The translations under genes were made by a program, and so were the position numbers. Below the pieces are notes generated by a model, which was given only the letters and a program-made list of their open reading frames with translations, did no database searches and was not told the origin of the DNA. DNA of 64,000 nt from Takakia lepidozioides (lineage: Eukaryota; Plantae; Bryophyta), in the NCBI GenBank assembly GCA_030704615.1, contig CM060732.1:56358001-56422000 (forward strand), given 5' to 3'. How positions within the stretch are numbered: position 1 is the first letter of the stretch; every line of letters starts with the position of its first letter. Below are positions 1 through 13,094 of the stretch, in pieces.

Positions 1-724
1 TGACAGGATCGCTGCAGAAGAATCTAGGCACGAAAAAGAGCTAACCTCTAACTCATCGTTACTTGACGAATCAATCAGGCATCATTCATCCCCAGTAGCC
101 TGAGCAAGCTCTCTACTAAACGCGTGACTCCAACAAAATCCGCTAGTAGTAACTGCAAGTGAAGTATCCGCCGCAAGCTTAATAGCTTTCTGCCGCTCCG
201 GAATGGTTACACATTCAGCTGAATTATTCACAGACCTGTATAATACCAAGTTATATTATAATAGTGCTAAAACAAACATCATATCTAGCTTAGCACTAGA
301 AAATTGGACGTCTGATCTCTCTCGAGTGATTGAAACTAAACTCACACTGTTGACACACGGACATGAAATACAACACCATCACTCGTTAAACTAAGAGTCG
401 AGCCGGGGTACCCCACGCTATGGGGACTCCACCCCACAACATCATATTCTCCCTTCATAAGTACACTCAGATTCTAAGCAGTGAAAGAGCTCGGTCGTGC
501 AGGCTCAACTCGAGAGAGATGAACCGCACGACTGACGCTCTCGTGAAGATAAGATGGTTCAGGTGTCAAGCTAAACTTGACACCTGACTTAACACTTGAA
601 CTAAATCCAAGTGTTAAATATAAATAACTAACTTTATTCTAGTTAGTTTCACAGTGTGTTTATTTAACTTGACAAAGTAGAGTGGTAGTTGCTGAAAGAA
701 AGCGAGACCCAATTGCTCCTCACA
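1..724. mobile_element. possible LTR fragment running off the window start
   Basis: Non-coding segment ending ...GCTCCTCACA (TG start on the minus strand). No partner LTR, PBS or PPT is seen. Confidence 0.25.
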
Positions 725-933
725 ATCTAAGCACTATATAATTATGGTCAGTTGTCAAGAGCTTTGGTGTCTTTGGTTGACTCAGGCTGTGTGGTATTTT
801 TGACTTACAGAGTGTAATTGACAGCGCATTGGCCATAATTGGAGCAGAACAGTAGGGGCCGCCTTTCGTGCTTTCTGAACAAGGTTCTCTGAAACTGCTA
901 TTGATGGTGTTATTGTGATGAATGGTCTGAAAA

Positions 934-3100
934 TTGTCATGCAACCGGGGTGACTTGACCCTTTTTGGCAATTTTCTGAGGGGCAGTTCACGATGGAAGC
1001 TCAGGTCAGCGATAAGCGAGGTATACTTGCATTCTGCGAGGGCTGTGGGGAGAGATTTATATCGTTGGAGGCAAAATTTTGCGCTCACTGTGGACTACCA
1101 CGGAATGCAGCAGCGATGGTCCCTTTCCCATGATGATGGCTCCACTCATGAGAGAAGTGTTTTAAAGCCTGTTTCTTTGCCGGCGGTTGTCCCTGCAATG
1201 CCATATCTACGGAAGTATCATCCTCGCCAGTGGAGGACTTACAAAAACAATTTGCAGCTATTTAGGGAGTGGTTTAGAGACAGGGAGGATCCTCTAGTGA
1301 AGTCTTTCTTCTCAACGAATATGCATCACAATGATTCATCGCAACAACAGGTGAAGAGTTTCATCCGGGAGCGGGAACCAACTCTTGCTGCCTTGCTTTT
1401 TGAGCATCAGGGCACGACAGTTCTGATGCGATAGAAGATCGACGATCTCTACGAAAAATTCAAGGAGTTTAAGCACTCCGAGGGAAAAAAACTTGGCTCA
1501 GTATGTGTTTCCCCCATACCTTGGCTCGGTCCTGCACCTTTAGAAAGATATTAGGGTTGTTGTTCAGGTTCTCTATTGCTTGGATGCTGATGTAAGATCT
1601 TGACTCCTCTTGGCAGGCACTGAACTAAGCTGGTGATTACAATCCCTCCTGCTGAGACTGCTGGGATTGGCACCTCCACTAAGGTTTGTTGCTATCCCTC
1701 TTGCTCTTCATTCTTAAAAAATTGTCTGGGCTATTTTGTGTGGTATTGATTCACCTGCTTCACAACTGCTTCACAAGCAGCCAAATCATCTTTATTTTTC
1801 CAGTTTGATACTCTCTGATACAACAGACCAGTCCAATGGGGATGGCATATCCACAACATGGTTTACCTCCAGGCCAGCTGCCTCCCCAGCAACAGGTATG
1901 ACTTACCAGGCATGACTTACAAATTGGTTCTAGACTACTCTTCAGATAGTTATTTGTTTGTCCAACAATGAAATGCAAAGTTGTCGTTGTCCTGGATTGA
2001 TGTTGTTGTCTATGATGGAGGTAGCTAGATAGTTCTATCTGATAGTTCTTCCTTGTATTAATTGAGGCATAGGGTCCATTTCTGCTAACTGGAGATCTGT
2101 CTGTCTTATTCAAGCAAGCTTTGGATGTCTGCCATGGTCAGCTGGCTAAGTTGTCAAAGTTCGCAAGATGGGTGGGTTGGTACAAATATGAGAATCTGAT
2201 TGTTTGTGTTGCAGATGATGGCGTCAAATGTGGCTCGCATGGGCAGTGACATGGGGGCTGGAGCCCCGTCAATGAGCCAGAACAACTTGCCTGGTAACAA
2301 CGGGGGAGTTGTTGGGATGGGACCTGGGGGCATAGCTCACTTGGGTACCGAGGTACTAAACACACTACCAAGTCCACTTTTTCCATCACCGACCCCAGCC
2401 CAAGACAGCCACCCAGTAACTCCTCTCACTCCACCTCCATGCTCCTCAGCTCCAGACACAGAAAGTTGTTCATTGAGATGTGATAGTTAATGTTGCAGTG
2501 TAGCTGTAAATTTTTCGCTGCAATGTTTGACTTTGTCAATGTTTGTGAGGTACGGACAATGCTCAGTCCTTCCTTGTTCTGTCAAAATAAATTAGAGAGG
2601 ATCTATCTCGCAAGCATAGGAGTTATGTTGTTTATGGATGAGCTTGGAAGTATGGTCATGGGAACTGGATTGTCACAAAGTTAATGACTGAATATGGTCC
2701 CACCCTAAGCAACAACTGTTGTTGAAAGAATTGGCTGAAGGTGCTAGGCAGTAAAAATTCAGTGACGGTTTTATGTGGGCACTGACTGTTGCATGGAGAG
2801 CAGTGAAGTTAACAAATAATCATTTTGTGGACAGGACATAACGCCAGAGTTGAAGGTGCTGGAGGAGATACTGCATTCTGAGGGACTCATGCAGGTCTGT
2901 TTTTAAGAAGAAATCTGGTAACTTGCTACCTTGTGCTGTCTTGAATGTGTGTAACTTAACCCATATGGTTGGGCATTTACTCCAGAATCAAGTGGAGGCT
3001 GCAGTGATAGGCACAAGGGGAGATATTGAAGCAACAATTACCCATTTGAGGTCCAAGACTTCAATGAGCAAACCCTCCAGTTCTTGAAGAGGAAAGGAGG
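934..3100 (+). pseudogene. degenerate multi-exon gene of unknown product
   Basis: The ORF at 934-1434 reads on past an in-frame TAG to a GT donor near 1501. Further short AG/GT-bounded segments occur near 1616-1683, 1804-1895, 2215-2352, 2835-2895 and from 2986. Internal stops are present and no family is recognised. Confidence 0.3.
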
Positions 3101-3959
3101 CCAGTGCAGGTCAGTGCAGCAGGGCTGATTACCTCCCGAAAGAGCTGCAGGATTCCAAAGAAAAAGAGGTTTAGTGTGGATGAGGAGTATGTGTGGCCAA
3201 CAACAGCAACAGCAGCAAAAATGTTTGTGACAGATGACAAGTACAAGGTACTAAAACACCTGTCATATGCAGGAAAGCAGACAATTGCTAAACATGTGAT
3301 GGGTGTCACAACTTTGCATGATGTGATGCCTTCTATAGAAGCTTTTGTTACTCGAACTGTAGGGGTCAAATTGGAGAAATTGAAGTCAACCTTCAAGCAG
3401 CGCTTGGCTGCTTTAGACATAGTGGTACAGTGGGCTTTGGAGAGAAGGTGAGATTGGTCAATCTCCCAAAGTTGACGGGTGAAGAGGTTGTAGACCTTTG
3501 TCTCGATAATATCGAGGACTTAGGTGCCTCATGGAGTTGAATTACTGGCCCCTATTTTGGCACCGGTAGGGAGTGGTGAGTAGGTTTAGGGCACTCTGAC
3601 TTCGATCAGCGATTAATTGCCTGGTTTCTAGTGCTCTGTGTTTCAACCTCCATTTCCCTTGCAAAGCAATGCAGATAAGGTAAAAGGTCTCGGTAATGGC
3701 TTCCTGGTTTAAAAAGCTCTCTTCTGGAAAATACTTCTGTCTCCTCTCTCTGCTTGCCCTCTAATGAAGAACAGGTGACTGGCACAACACCCATTAGCCA
3801 AAGACATCCCATCTGTGTGAGGTACAGGCCTACATAAGCACTGTTGTTATCAACAGTGTGCTTGCTGCTATGATGTCAAGGCTCCTACTAACTTACAATC
3901 AGCACTGCATCCCCATGGTTGTGGATTATACGTGAGAGCTATGGCAATTAAATGTAAAG

Positions 3960-4322
3960 CAGTTCATGGGAAACAAACCAAGAAGGAAAAAAACCTTCTA
4001 GGAAAAAAATACACGGGCAAAGATTAAAGGAAAACCTCACGGGGAAAGTATAGAGGAAAAACCAATTCCGCAAAGGGAAAAATCTCAATAGGGGAAAGGT
4101 GCATTGGGGGAAAATAAATACACCAGGGAAAAACCCAGATAGGGAAAATGCAGTGGGAAAAAATAAATACACCAGGGAAAAACCCAGATAGGGAAAATGC
4201 AGTGGGAAAAAATAAATACACCAGGGAAAAATCCAAATAGGGAAAATGCAGTGGGAAAAAATAAATACACTGGGGAAAATCAGGGAGGGAAAATCAACGG
4301 GGTAATTGTTTCCTGTGAACGG
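3960..4322. mobile_element. MITE / non-autonomous TIR element with internal 49-bp tandem repeat
   Basis: Left end CAGTTCATGGGAAACAA matches the right-end reverse complement CCGTTCACAGGAAACAA. Flanks are TGTAAAG / TGGAAAG. The unit GGGAAAATGCAGTGGGAAAAAATAAATACACCAGGGAAAAACCCAGATA starts at 4142, 4191 and 4240. Confidence 0.7.
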
Positions 4323-4431
4323 TGGAAAGTACGCAAACATTTCCACTGTTGCACAGTTCCCTCTGACGTATAAATCAGTACGAATATCTAAGGGCATTTT
4401 GCCCTTTCCCCCATGAGGGAATCGTTCTAAA

Positions 4432-6432
4432 GTTCCTTGTGCGCGCAAATTCCAATCCGGTGAAGCCAGGAAATACTGGCGTCATCGGCTCTGAAGGATT
4501 TGGCATTGTGGAGGAGGTATAACCGTCATGGACCAATGCATCAGCGTAGATTGTGGGAAGATCCCCCAATCCTTTCCTCCATCACTTTGTTAGAATTATG
4601 GCGGATATCCAAATAGTCGACAACTCCAAGGTTGATCGTAGTTGCTGATCTGCGATTCATAGGTACCAACATATAGATTGAGATGTTAAACTGTCTAGTG
4701 CACACTGGTAAGGTGCTTACCACAAATGGAACTCACAAGCCTTGTGGACCCCGAATTTCCTGGATTTTCTTAATGTCAGACACGGGCCTCAGGATCGGAA
4801 TGCGCTCTTGAAAGTGTATTTCTCAACAGATCCGAATCCGAGTCTTCTAAACTAACAAGTCAATCTTGCTGTGTTTTGGCCAGGTAGGCGAGGGGGTCAC
4901 AAAGGTAAAGCCAGGACAGAGGGTGGTGCCGCTATTGTATTTCCGGTATATTGACACGGGTAATGGGTCATGGCAAGAGTACATAGAGCTTCCAGCAGCC
5001 GATGTCATTGGAGTTCCTGACAGTGTGCCAGACGACGTTGCAGCTCAGTTTATAGTAAACCCCTGGACCGTTTATGGATTGCTCGAACGTTCTGCCGTTC
5101 CTAAAGGCCAGTACCTTCTTCAGACAGCTGCTACTGCTTGGCAGGTATGCCAAACTTGCAACCCTTGGAGCCTAATTAGTGGCATGTAGCATGACAGCGG
5201 CATGAGCCGATGTTGTGCATGTTATAAAGGGGTTCCAGTTGAGTTGATCTATGTGTTTTTGACAGTTTGATGTAATTGAAAACATTGACGGCGGCCGAAC
5301 AATCGTTGCATCATTACTCAAGTTTCGGTCGGAGTCCGAATGTTTTGTGCGTCGAAATCATTTTGGTTGTGTGAGCGCACGCAGCTCATTCAGCTAGCCA
5401 AGCACTGGGGTATAAAGACAATAAATGTGGTACGACGTGATGATATGAAAGAGGAACTCAAAGAGTTAGGAGCCGATGTGGTCCTCAACTCTACAACCGA
5501 AGGTATGCTCTCGGCCACTTGTAAACTCTACATACTAGAATGAGTATGTAGCGTTAGCAGCGTGTTTCTTGGGATGATGAGAGAACGTTGAACTCCGATT
5601 GTCGCTTGTTTCAGATGTTGTGGCACGAGTGAAGGAAATTACTGGTGGAAAAGGGGTGTATGCTGCTGTGGATGCTGTGGCTGGTGAGGAACTAAGGTAA
5701 ATCTCGCTCTGTCGATAGACCAGTGGCCCTTCTAGGGATCCCAGCAGTAGACTTTCATATGGCAAGCACTTAGAAAAAGGGTGCTCGTGGGTCCCCTTTT
5801 CAGTCACTTGCCCTGTTCCCCCAAGTTTTCTCTCTTATATACAACACACTTGGGTACTACTAGTGCAGTATGATAGTACACATCTATATGGTCGAATTCT
5901 TAGTTTCATCTTCCCCTCGATGTTCTCTTCCGCAACTCAAAAATATGTACAGTTGTGATCATGTGGCTGTCACTATATGATTTTTGCTACTATGTATACA
6001 TCGATCAACACTTCAGAAAGGATACAGGTCATAGAACTCAAATGTATGGAGCCGTGGAGGCTATGGAGATACTTGAGACAATAACCACTGTTAAATACGA
6101 AGCTCTGAAGGCTGGTGGGTGAGGTTTGGGTGCAGTTGGTTGGCAAATGTGTGAGAGATGGAGGCCAAATCTTGGTTTACGGGTTTCTGTCCCGCTATGA
6201 TGTTATACTCAACGGCTTTGATCTCATTAGAAAAGTTCGACTCAGCTTCTTTTTATTGCACGAGTTCGGCGAAGGAAGGAGGGAAGAGGTTGCATCCAAA
6301 GTGATGAAGCTGCTGGAGGCAAAGATCATGGAGCCCTCAGTCGGCAAGAAGTTCGGGTTAACTGACTCCCAGGCTGCTCTGGTAGAGGCAGAGAAGGAGG
6401 CCCGAGGTGGCAAGGTGCTTCTGGTGAACTAG
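4432..6432 (+). CDS. zinc-independent MDR-family oxidoreductase (quinone oxidoreductase / trans-2-enoyl-CoA reductase-like); 5' end not located, possibly damaged
   Basis: Spliced exons encode GVIGSEGFGIVEE | VGEGVTKVKPGQRVVP..GSWQEY..AAQFIVNPWTVYGLL..QYLLQTAA | LIQLAKHWGIKTINVVRR..LKELGADVVLNS | VKEITGGKGVYAAVDAVAG | ..ARGGKVLLVN*. Confidence 0.85.
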
Positions 6433-6964
6433 CGAGTTTTGAATTTGCCATCACAACGCCCACATAATCCTCTGATTGTGACTTGGTACATTGGTACTGG
6501 ATGTGGTATTGCAAAAATATCCCTGGAAAGAGGGTTGGGAAAATGAGGCTCCTGGACACCAGTACCTAAATAAGAGCGACCTTGTCCTGGGAGTCATCCC
6601 TTCTCACTGTATTTTGTTATACACTTTGGAAGCCTCTTCAACACATCCAAGCTGTTATATCCAGTGCTCTTTGCACTAGTGTATGCCAAGCCATAAATTG
6701 TATAAGTATGGAAAAGGCTATATGCACCTGGCATACTAAACTTTCACACTCCTTTTCAAAGGGCTCCCAGGCTAGCACACACTTCGAGAAGGAAAGTGAA
6801 TGTAAAGTGAAATGCAACTCTGTTGGGCATTGAAGGCTAATTCTCAGCATGCCATGCTAGGCATAACCTACCGTCATCATAGTGCAAGTGTACAGGAACA
6901 TGGTACATAGGAACAGTGTACATAGGAACATGTTTGACTTGAATTCACTTTAGATAATGTGCGT

Positions 6965-7400
6965 CGGCAATGTACTCATAAGATGTTGATTGCCGTAGCC
7001 TTGTGGCCACAGACCCCGTGCACAGTTTGGACGGAACAAAAGAGAAGAAACACTATTTTTTCGAGGGACTCATTCCAGTAGTGAGACTTACCTTGGTATA
7101 AGGCTTTCCAGATATCCTTTATAAAACCCTTCACAGAAGCATCAATCTCCAAAAGTTGGCTCCCAACAGGGCCAGGGCTTTAGGCTCAGCCTCAAGATTT
7201 TGAAAGTTGGTGAGCAGAGGTGCCGAGACAATGTTCTTGATTGTCCTGAAGAGGGTCACTCTCTGGTGATATTCGGACAATGTATTAGAAAATGGATATA
7301 TTGTCTTCAGGTTGCCCGCACATCGGACAATTGTAACAATCTCCTCTTCCTCACTAGTCTAGTGCCAAGGGTAGGTAGGCCCTTGAGATCATCCTTAAAC
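6965..7400 (-). repeat. dispersed repeat family with degenerate unknown ORF, copy A
   Basis: Shares AATGTACTCATAAGA..GCCGTAGCCTTGTGGCCA and CCCAACAGGGCCAGGGC(T/C)TTAGGCTCA blocks with the copies at 15.2-16.0 kb, 17.7 kb, 21.5 kb and 53.1 kb. Confidence 0.75.
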
Positions 7401-9538
7401 TCTGGTAGAAACATCCCGCACAGCCGCCATTCAGAGACCTTCGGCAGCTTGAGGTCTTTTGCCTCCTGATTATCTCGGTATTATCCAAAGAGGAAGCTGG
7501 TCTTCCTTGCTTCATTGGCACAGCTTGAAGTGGAATTGCAGTTGACTATGCGCGACCGCTGCGATAGTAACACAATCTCAGCTGTCGACATGTACCCCAA
7601 CCGGGACTTCCACGGGATCTATGGTTGTTTCTGCTCTCATGAATCAAGAATAGTTGTAGAATGGATGCATCCAGAATTCACAGACCCGAAAAATCCCCGA
7701 AGAGTTTCAGGTCTATACGTGTTACCGACTTCCCCTAAGGCTTGTGAGGCGACAGAGCGACCCCTTGCAAGGATCTCCAGGGGCGGCACAGGCAATGACA
7801 AATGCACCTTCCAGGTCCATAACCTGCAGCCTACATCTTCTGCAGGATGTGAGGCCTTCCCGCGGGACGAGCGAATAAAGAAGACAGACCTTGTGCATGG
7901 CGTCTGCCTAGTAGCTCCAGTACCTCTAAACCTGCGACGATAGAGAGACAACACAAAAGCTATAAAGAGAGGAAGACGATGTCCAGAGGGTTGTGATTGC
8001 ATAACAAGCTTCCAAGCCATTAGTTAGGCTTATTGAGTACTGGTAATGCAGGACCGCTATGATTATTAGCGTCGAAATAGCTACAGGTGGCGAATCAAAA
8101 GTTTTCGCAATATCATTGTGATGTATGATACAGGTACCTTCATTCTTGGGGATGTCCGCTAGCTGGTACACGCCGGTCAGGTCCGAGGTTGCCGAGCTAG
8201 ATGCTGAAGGGGCGTGACGGCGATGCGACGTGCCCATCCCGATCTCATGTTTTGCTTGGTCTGAAGTCTGTCCGAGCACAATTTTGAAGGTTTCCAACTC
8301 CTGTCCTAAGATGGCCTATACTTCGTTTCCGTGTTCCAGGCTCCCCATGCATCTCTAGATCTCAATTTGTGACCTCGAAGACCTTCTCTCATCGGTTTCA
8401 AACAACTGATCTCTGTCGGTAACAGGGCGCCATTGCCGTTACGTCCATTAACTGCTCACTGTCTGCACGTCTTTACTCACTACACTGTTTACTGTACTAT
8501 GTAACACATTAAGCGCAAGGTGAAAGTGAGGAGCTTCGATTCTTCTGAAGTCCTGTCTGTATAGCTAACGATCATCCAGCGCTCTGTGTCTCTCTCTTGA
8601 CTTCAACAGGTACAGCATTCTATTCCCCCTTCTACTCTCCAAAGTTGAAGTTCCATGGTATACCTGAATGTAACTTGATCGTATCCATATGCACACTCTT
8701 GTCCACAAACTAGTTGCGTCTCCTGGTGCAAATCAGCGCTACTTTCTCTCTGTTGCACTTCATATTGCATCCTTTAGACTCCTGTAAGAATCTTCTCTCA
8801 GAATATGCATGCCACAGGCAAACCTTTGAAGTATCGAGGAATATAAGAGCGAGGAAGGCGACTGTCGGCCCGTCGTCAGATTGTGGCCTATATAGTACCT
8901 CATGAATCCCAGTCTCCTTGATATTTGTGAGCAACACAATTACCGAAAAGAAGGGAGTGGACATAGGCAACTGGAGTAGGTGCTTTATAGCTGACAAGAC
9001 AAAGATGCTTCAATCTCGACAGTTTTTTTCCGAGGAAGAAATATACTTGATAAATTGATCGCACTCTCTACTAATAATTTGCCCTCGGGTCCTCAACAGA
9101 AAGAACTGTCTCTAACAATCTTGCACGTTTTGGTCTAACTTCTTTTGTGGGTAAGCTTTTAATAGCCTGTTGCCTGGGCGTTCGAACATCTCATTATTGG
9201 TTAGCACGTCACTCTAGGTTGCAGATCAAGCTGCAAACATTGTCACATCTGAGACTAGTACATGTCATGTCAATTCATCTCTATTACTATACTATCTCTA
9301 TTTTAGAATGCAAGAAAGGTATCAGTCGAGGGGTTCTAAGGATTTACCCTTACTGCTTGTCGCTTGAGAAAGCTCTCGGCGAAGCGTATAAATGTATATA
9401 CCGCACACTGCCAACATGTTAAGGCTTGAACTTGGAAAGCGAATTGTGCGCAGTTGATCGAAGAAATCTTGGTATGCAGCACAAAAAATGCAGCTCGGCG
9501 ACAGATCATTTCCCAGAAGGGGCAGTGGACAGTATTGA

Positions 9539-12171
9539 ATGCAGCTAGGACAGGCAAGAAAATCCAGCCAGAAGCCCCAGGCGAAAGAGATGAATGCATT
9601 GAAAGAGTTTTTCGATGTGGAGAAGCAATTTGCTCTATATGGAGCATACCATCACAACAAAATCACCGTCTTGATCCACATGTTTTTCGTATGGCCAACA
9701 GTTCTCACTGCCATGATCTTACCTGCATATTCTGAGAAGCTGGCTCCCCTCCCATCCCTGATGGAAAGTTTTCCTTTGCACCGGTACATGGTATTCAACT
9801 ACAGTTTCATCGTTGCTGCTGGTTATACCATCTTTTACTTATGTTTGGAGAGGAAGGCTGGGACTCTGACCGCAGCATCTGTAATGGCCTGCTGGATGGG
9901 TGCCAATGCGATCGCGGAGATTTTTCCATTTGAGCAGGCGTTGCAGGTTATTCCTCTTTCTCCCTATTGCTCTCAAACTCATATTCCCTCCTTTTTTCTT
10001 GCCAAAAGGGAACGGAACTTATATTCCCTCTCGAGGAGCCTGAATGCCTTTATCCTATATGTGCTGCTCTTTGGGGCAAAGGTTACTAAGGAGGACTTTG
10101 GATGCATCATTGAAATAGTTGCGCTTGGTTAAATGTCGGTCCAGTTTTAATTGGTCGACATGTTTTGGATCGACGGATGGATAAAACTGCCTATAAATTG
10201 GTATACATATAGAAAAAATTGTTCCTGGGAGGAAGTTCTTCGCTCTGTGAGTGACAAACTCAGTTAATCATGTCCTCCTCCTTTCTGAACCTCTTTAATA
10301 TCCTCCCCTTTTCACCTCTCCCAATCCAGGGCCCCTTGTGTTTCAACGTGGTTTTCAGCAGAAAAGCAGAGATAGCGTCAGGGTGCAAGTGGTGTGATGG
10401 ACTTCCTATGGTTGTGTATGGGGTGTTCACAGGTAGTTCTAGGTGCACAGGTGGTATGGTTGACAGCCGAGTTTGTTGCCCATGGATTATTTGAGGTTGG
10501 TGCACTTCTCTGTAGTGTTTGTGGCAACGAGGTTGATGTAAGATACAGCTTTTTTGCTGGTACTTGAAATATGATTGTGCAAGTACACTCGAAGCTGGAG
10601 TTTCAAGGACTTGCACAATTTCCTGGAATCTGGTGGGCAGTGATTTTTTTCTTAAATTTGAAAAATAGCACGAGTGCCTACAGGAAATAGCTATATATTC
10701 TGTTCATCCATTGAAAATTTGGATAGAATCATCCTATGTACTTTCATCCAATTATATCATCCACATTTGGCGAATTCATCCATTGTTTTTTTTTCCCTAG
10801 TAGAAGTTTGGCGATTTCATCCATGAAAAAACTGTGGTACGACAGAATATTCCATTTTAATGTTTTGAGGTCGCCATTTGGCGATTTTCGCCAAAAACAA
10901 AACACCAGTGGTGGGTGTGCCCATGAGGCTGCATACCTTCAATGTATCTTTGGATGCTGGTGCTTGTCATGGCAAATTCATTTTCTTCTGATCATATTGT
11001 ACGCATCCAATATTGCAGAAGCGCACACGTGGCATCTTCTTAAGAAACCTTCCTCAACAATTTCTGATGGGCCCATTCTTTATCGTACTTGAGGTATGGA
11101 CTATTTGAATTTTGAGGTCAAATTTCTAGTTAGAGGGTTTGATGAACAGTGTCAGACAGTAACCATTAGTGATTGGATAGAGTATGATTGTTGCATACCG
11201 GCTGGTGGCTCCATGTCATGGAGAACATGTTGGTGTAAAGTTCAGGTTAGGTTTGCCAAGGTTGGTGATTCTCTGGACCATGGCCAATTTGCAATGTAGA
11301 GTTGGTTCTTTGACCGCTAACCTTTCATAGTGAGCACCTAGAGATAATTTCCTATAAAACAATTAGACATTTTCTAAATTTTGTTCTTTCATTGATTGCC
11401 AACAATAGATTGTTAGTTTTTTTAGTATAGCATCCAGTAGATGGCCCAGTGATTAGGACACAAGGCCAATAAGAGACTCTTGCAAACATAACTTATGGTA
11501 TAATGATGGGGCCTGATTTGTGGGCCTGGTAGCTAGTCGTTACTAGATTACTACCCAAGAAAAAAATATGTATATATGGTGTCATTCCACCTTAGTGCCT
11601 TCCTACCCTAATAACAGCTGTAACCAGGGCAACGCCGATCCAGGTCTAATGTTAGGCATTGGGTGATCTTCCAGATTTCTACAACCCCTTATTCATAATT
11701 CCAATAGGGCAGGGCTTGCATGTATTCTATGCATTTGTTTTAGTATGGAATTAACAAGGTGGTGAGCATATGATGCAGATTCTATACTTGATTTGCAAGT
11801 ATGAGCCATACCCTGGTTTTGAAGCCAAAATACAGGCGTGTGTGAAAGATATCATTCAAGCCCAAAATCAAGGAAGTAAGAAACTGAATATCCCATTGCC
11901 TTCTTCCAGTTACACAACAAAAGAAAGAATGAAAGAAGGCTACATGCCATGTTCCAGAAGAGAAAATTTTGGGGGTCCATTTAGGGTTCAGATTTTGAAT
12001 CTGTTATCAATGTCTATGATTATGTCATCACTTATTGGGAGTGGTGGTGCTTACAGATTCTTTCTTCTCGCGAACCCGCGAGCAGGCTGGATACCTCTCA
12101 TAGAATACCAATCCAGACACAACAGGAGAGTGCACTCCAAATATCACCATGCACTTCGGCTCTCAGGATAG
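9539..12171 (+). CDS. MPO1/DUF962-family membrane protein (2-hydroxy fatty acid dioxygenase-like), 4 coding exons
   Basis: FFDVEKQFALYGAYHHNKITVLIHMFFVWP..(donor ~9947) | VVLGAQVVWLTAEFVAHGLFE (10432-10495) | KRTRGIFLRNLPQQFLMGPFFIVLE (11019-11093) | ILYLICKYEPYPGF (from 11779). Introns are GT-AG and the family motifs are YGAYH, HGxFE and YEPYPGF. Confidence 0.88.
10638..10907. mobile_element. hAT-like MITE in intron 2 of the MPO1-like gene
   Basis: Begins CAGTGATTTTTTT and ends AAAACAAAACACCA, with internal TTTGGCGA repeats. Flanked by near-identical 8-mers CTGGTGGG / GTGGTGGG. Confidence 0.5.
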
Positions 12172-13094
12172 CTACAAGATCCTATACATTTACCCAAACA
12201 GCACTCCAAGTGATCACTGGGGATGTTGGCAGCAAGATCCGGGCTTTCTCAATTGTAGCTAATCATGAAAGACAAAAGGGAAGACTGTGCAGGTGAAGTT
12301 GCAACAAGAGATTGTGGGGAGGTCTGTCAATTGAAAACTGACAACAAAGGAACAATCCGAAGAAATTGTTGGACACGGAGGAGGAAGTTTTGGATGCTAA
12401 GATTGTCACATGTGGATTAGGGAGTCCTGCTGTAGTAGTGGGTAACCTGTTACTGACCAAGACTTTGATTCAACCTTTGCTTAGGATTTACGAAGTTGAC
12501 ATAAAAGCTTTGCTCGTGAAACTTTAAGGTAGAGCTTAAACTGTGGGGTCTCCACCTTTTCTAGCTATTTCCTTGCAAGGCATAGCCCGGGAGGTGTAGT
12601 CATTGCATCATGCTGTATTAATCAAAGTGTGGATGGAAGGAAGCACCAAAAGAAATGGGACCCACTACCATCACTGCTGAAAGAGAGGATGCTATCACAA
12701 CATGTGATGCTTTGCCATAATGTAGACCATGTAGCCATTGAAGGATAATATGTGCACACTTGGCTGAAGTTTAAGGCTACCGTGGTTGTGTCATAGCCGA
12801 CACCGTCCTATTTCCAAGATGGAATACCACCAAGCTGATTGCACATTCAAACATCGAATGGATACATTGAGAAGGTGACAAGTGCCTTCGTAAGAGAATT
12901 TCAGAGGGGCATGTACTACATTTTACAGGAATGTACACACGGAACAGGTATCAATGCAATGGTAACCCGGTGCCTCTAGCAACTCCCATCAAAATTAGGC
13001 TAGTTGACAAAAGTGAAGTGTGCATGATAATATGCCCTTCATCAATTCTAAATATGGAAAACTTACGAAGCATGCATACACTTCCCCTAGAAAC

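Noticed and set aside
3104-3451. 115-aa ORF with KKKR
   Set aside because: No recognisable domain and flanked by stops; it cannot be assigned.
4100-4290. CRISPR-like periodicity
   Set aside because: The units are contiguous tandem copies without unique spacers, the context is eukaryotic, and there are no cas genes.
3948-4448. Phe-rich minus-strand ORFs (166, 70 and 61 aa)
   Set aside because: These are translations of the 49-bp minisatellite inside the MITE.
11541-11650. Possible mini-Helitron end (AACCAGGGCAACGCCG..CTAA)
   Set aside because: The hairpin is imperfect, there is no clean CTRR end, and no 5' TC partner can be established.
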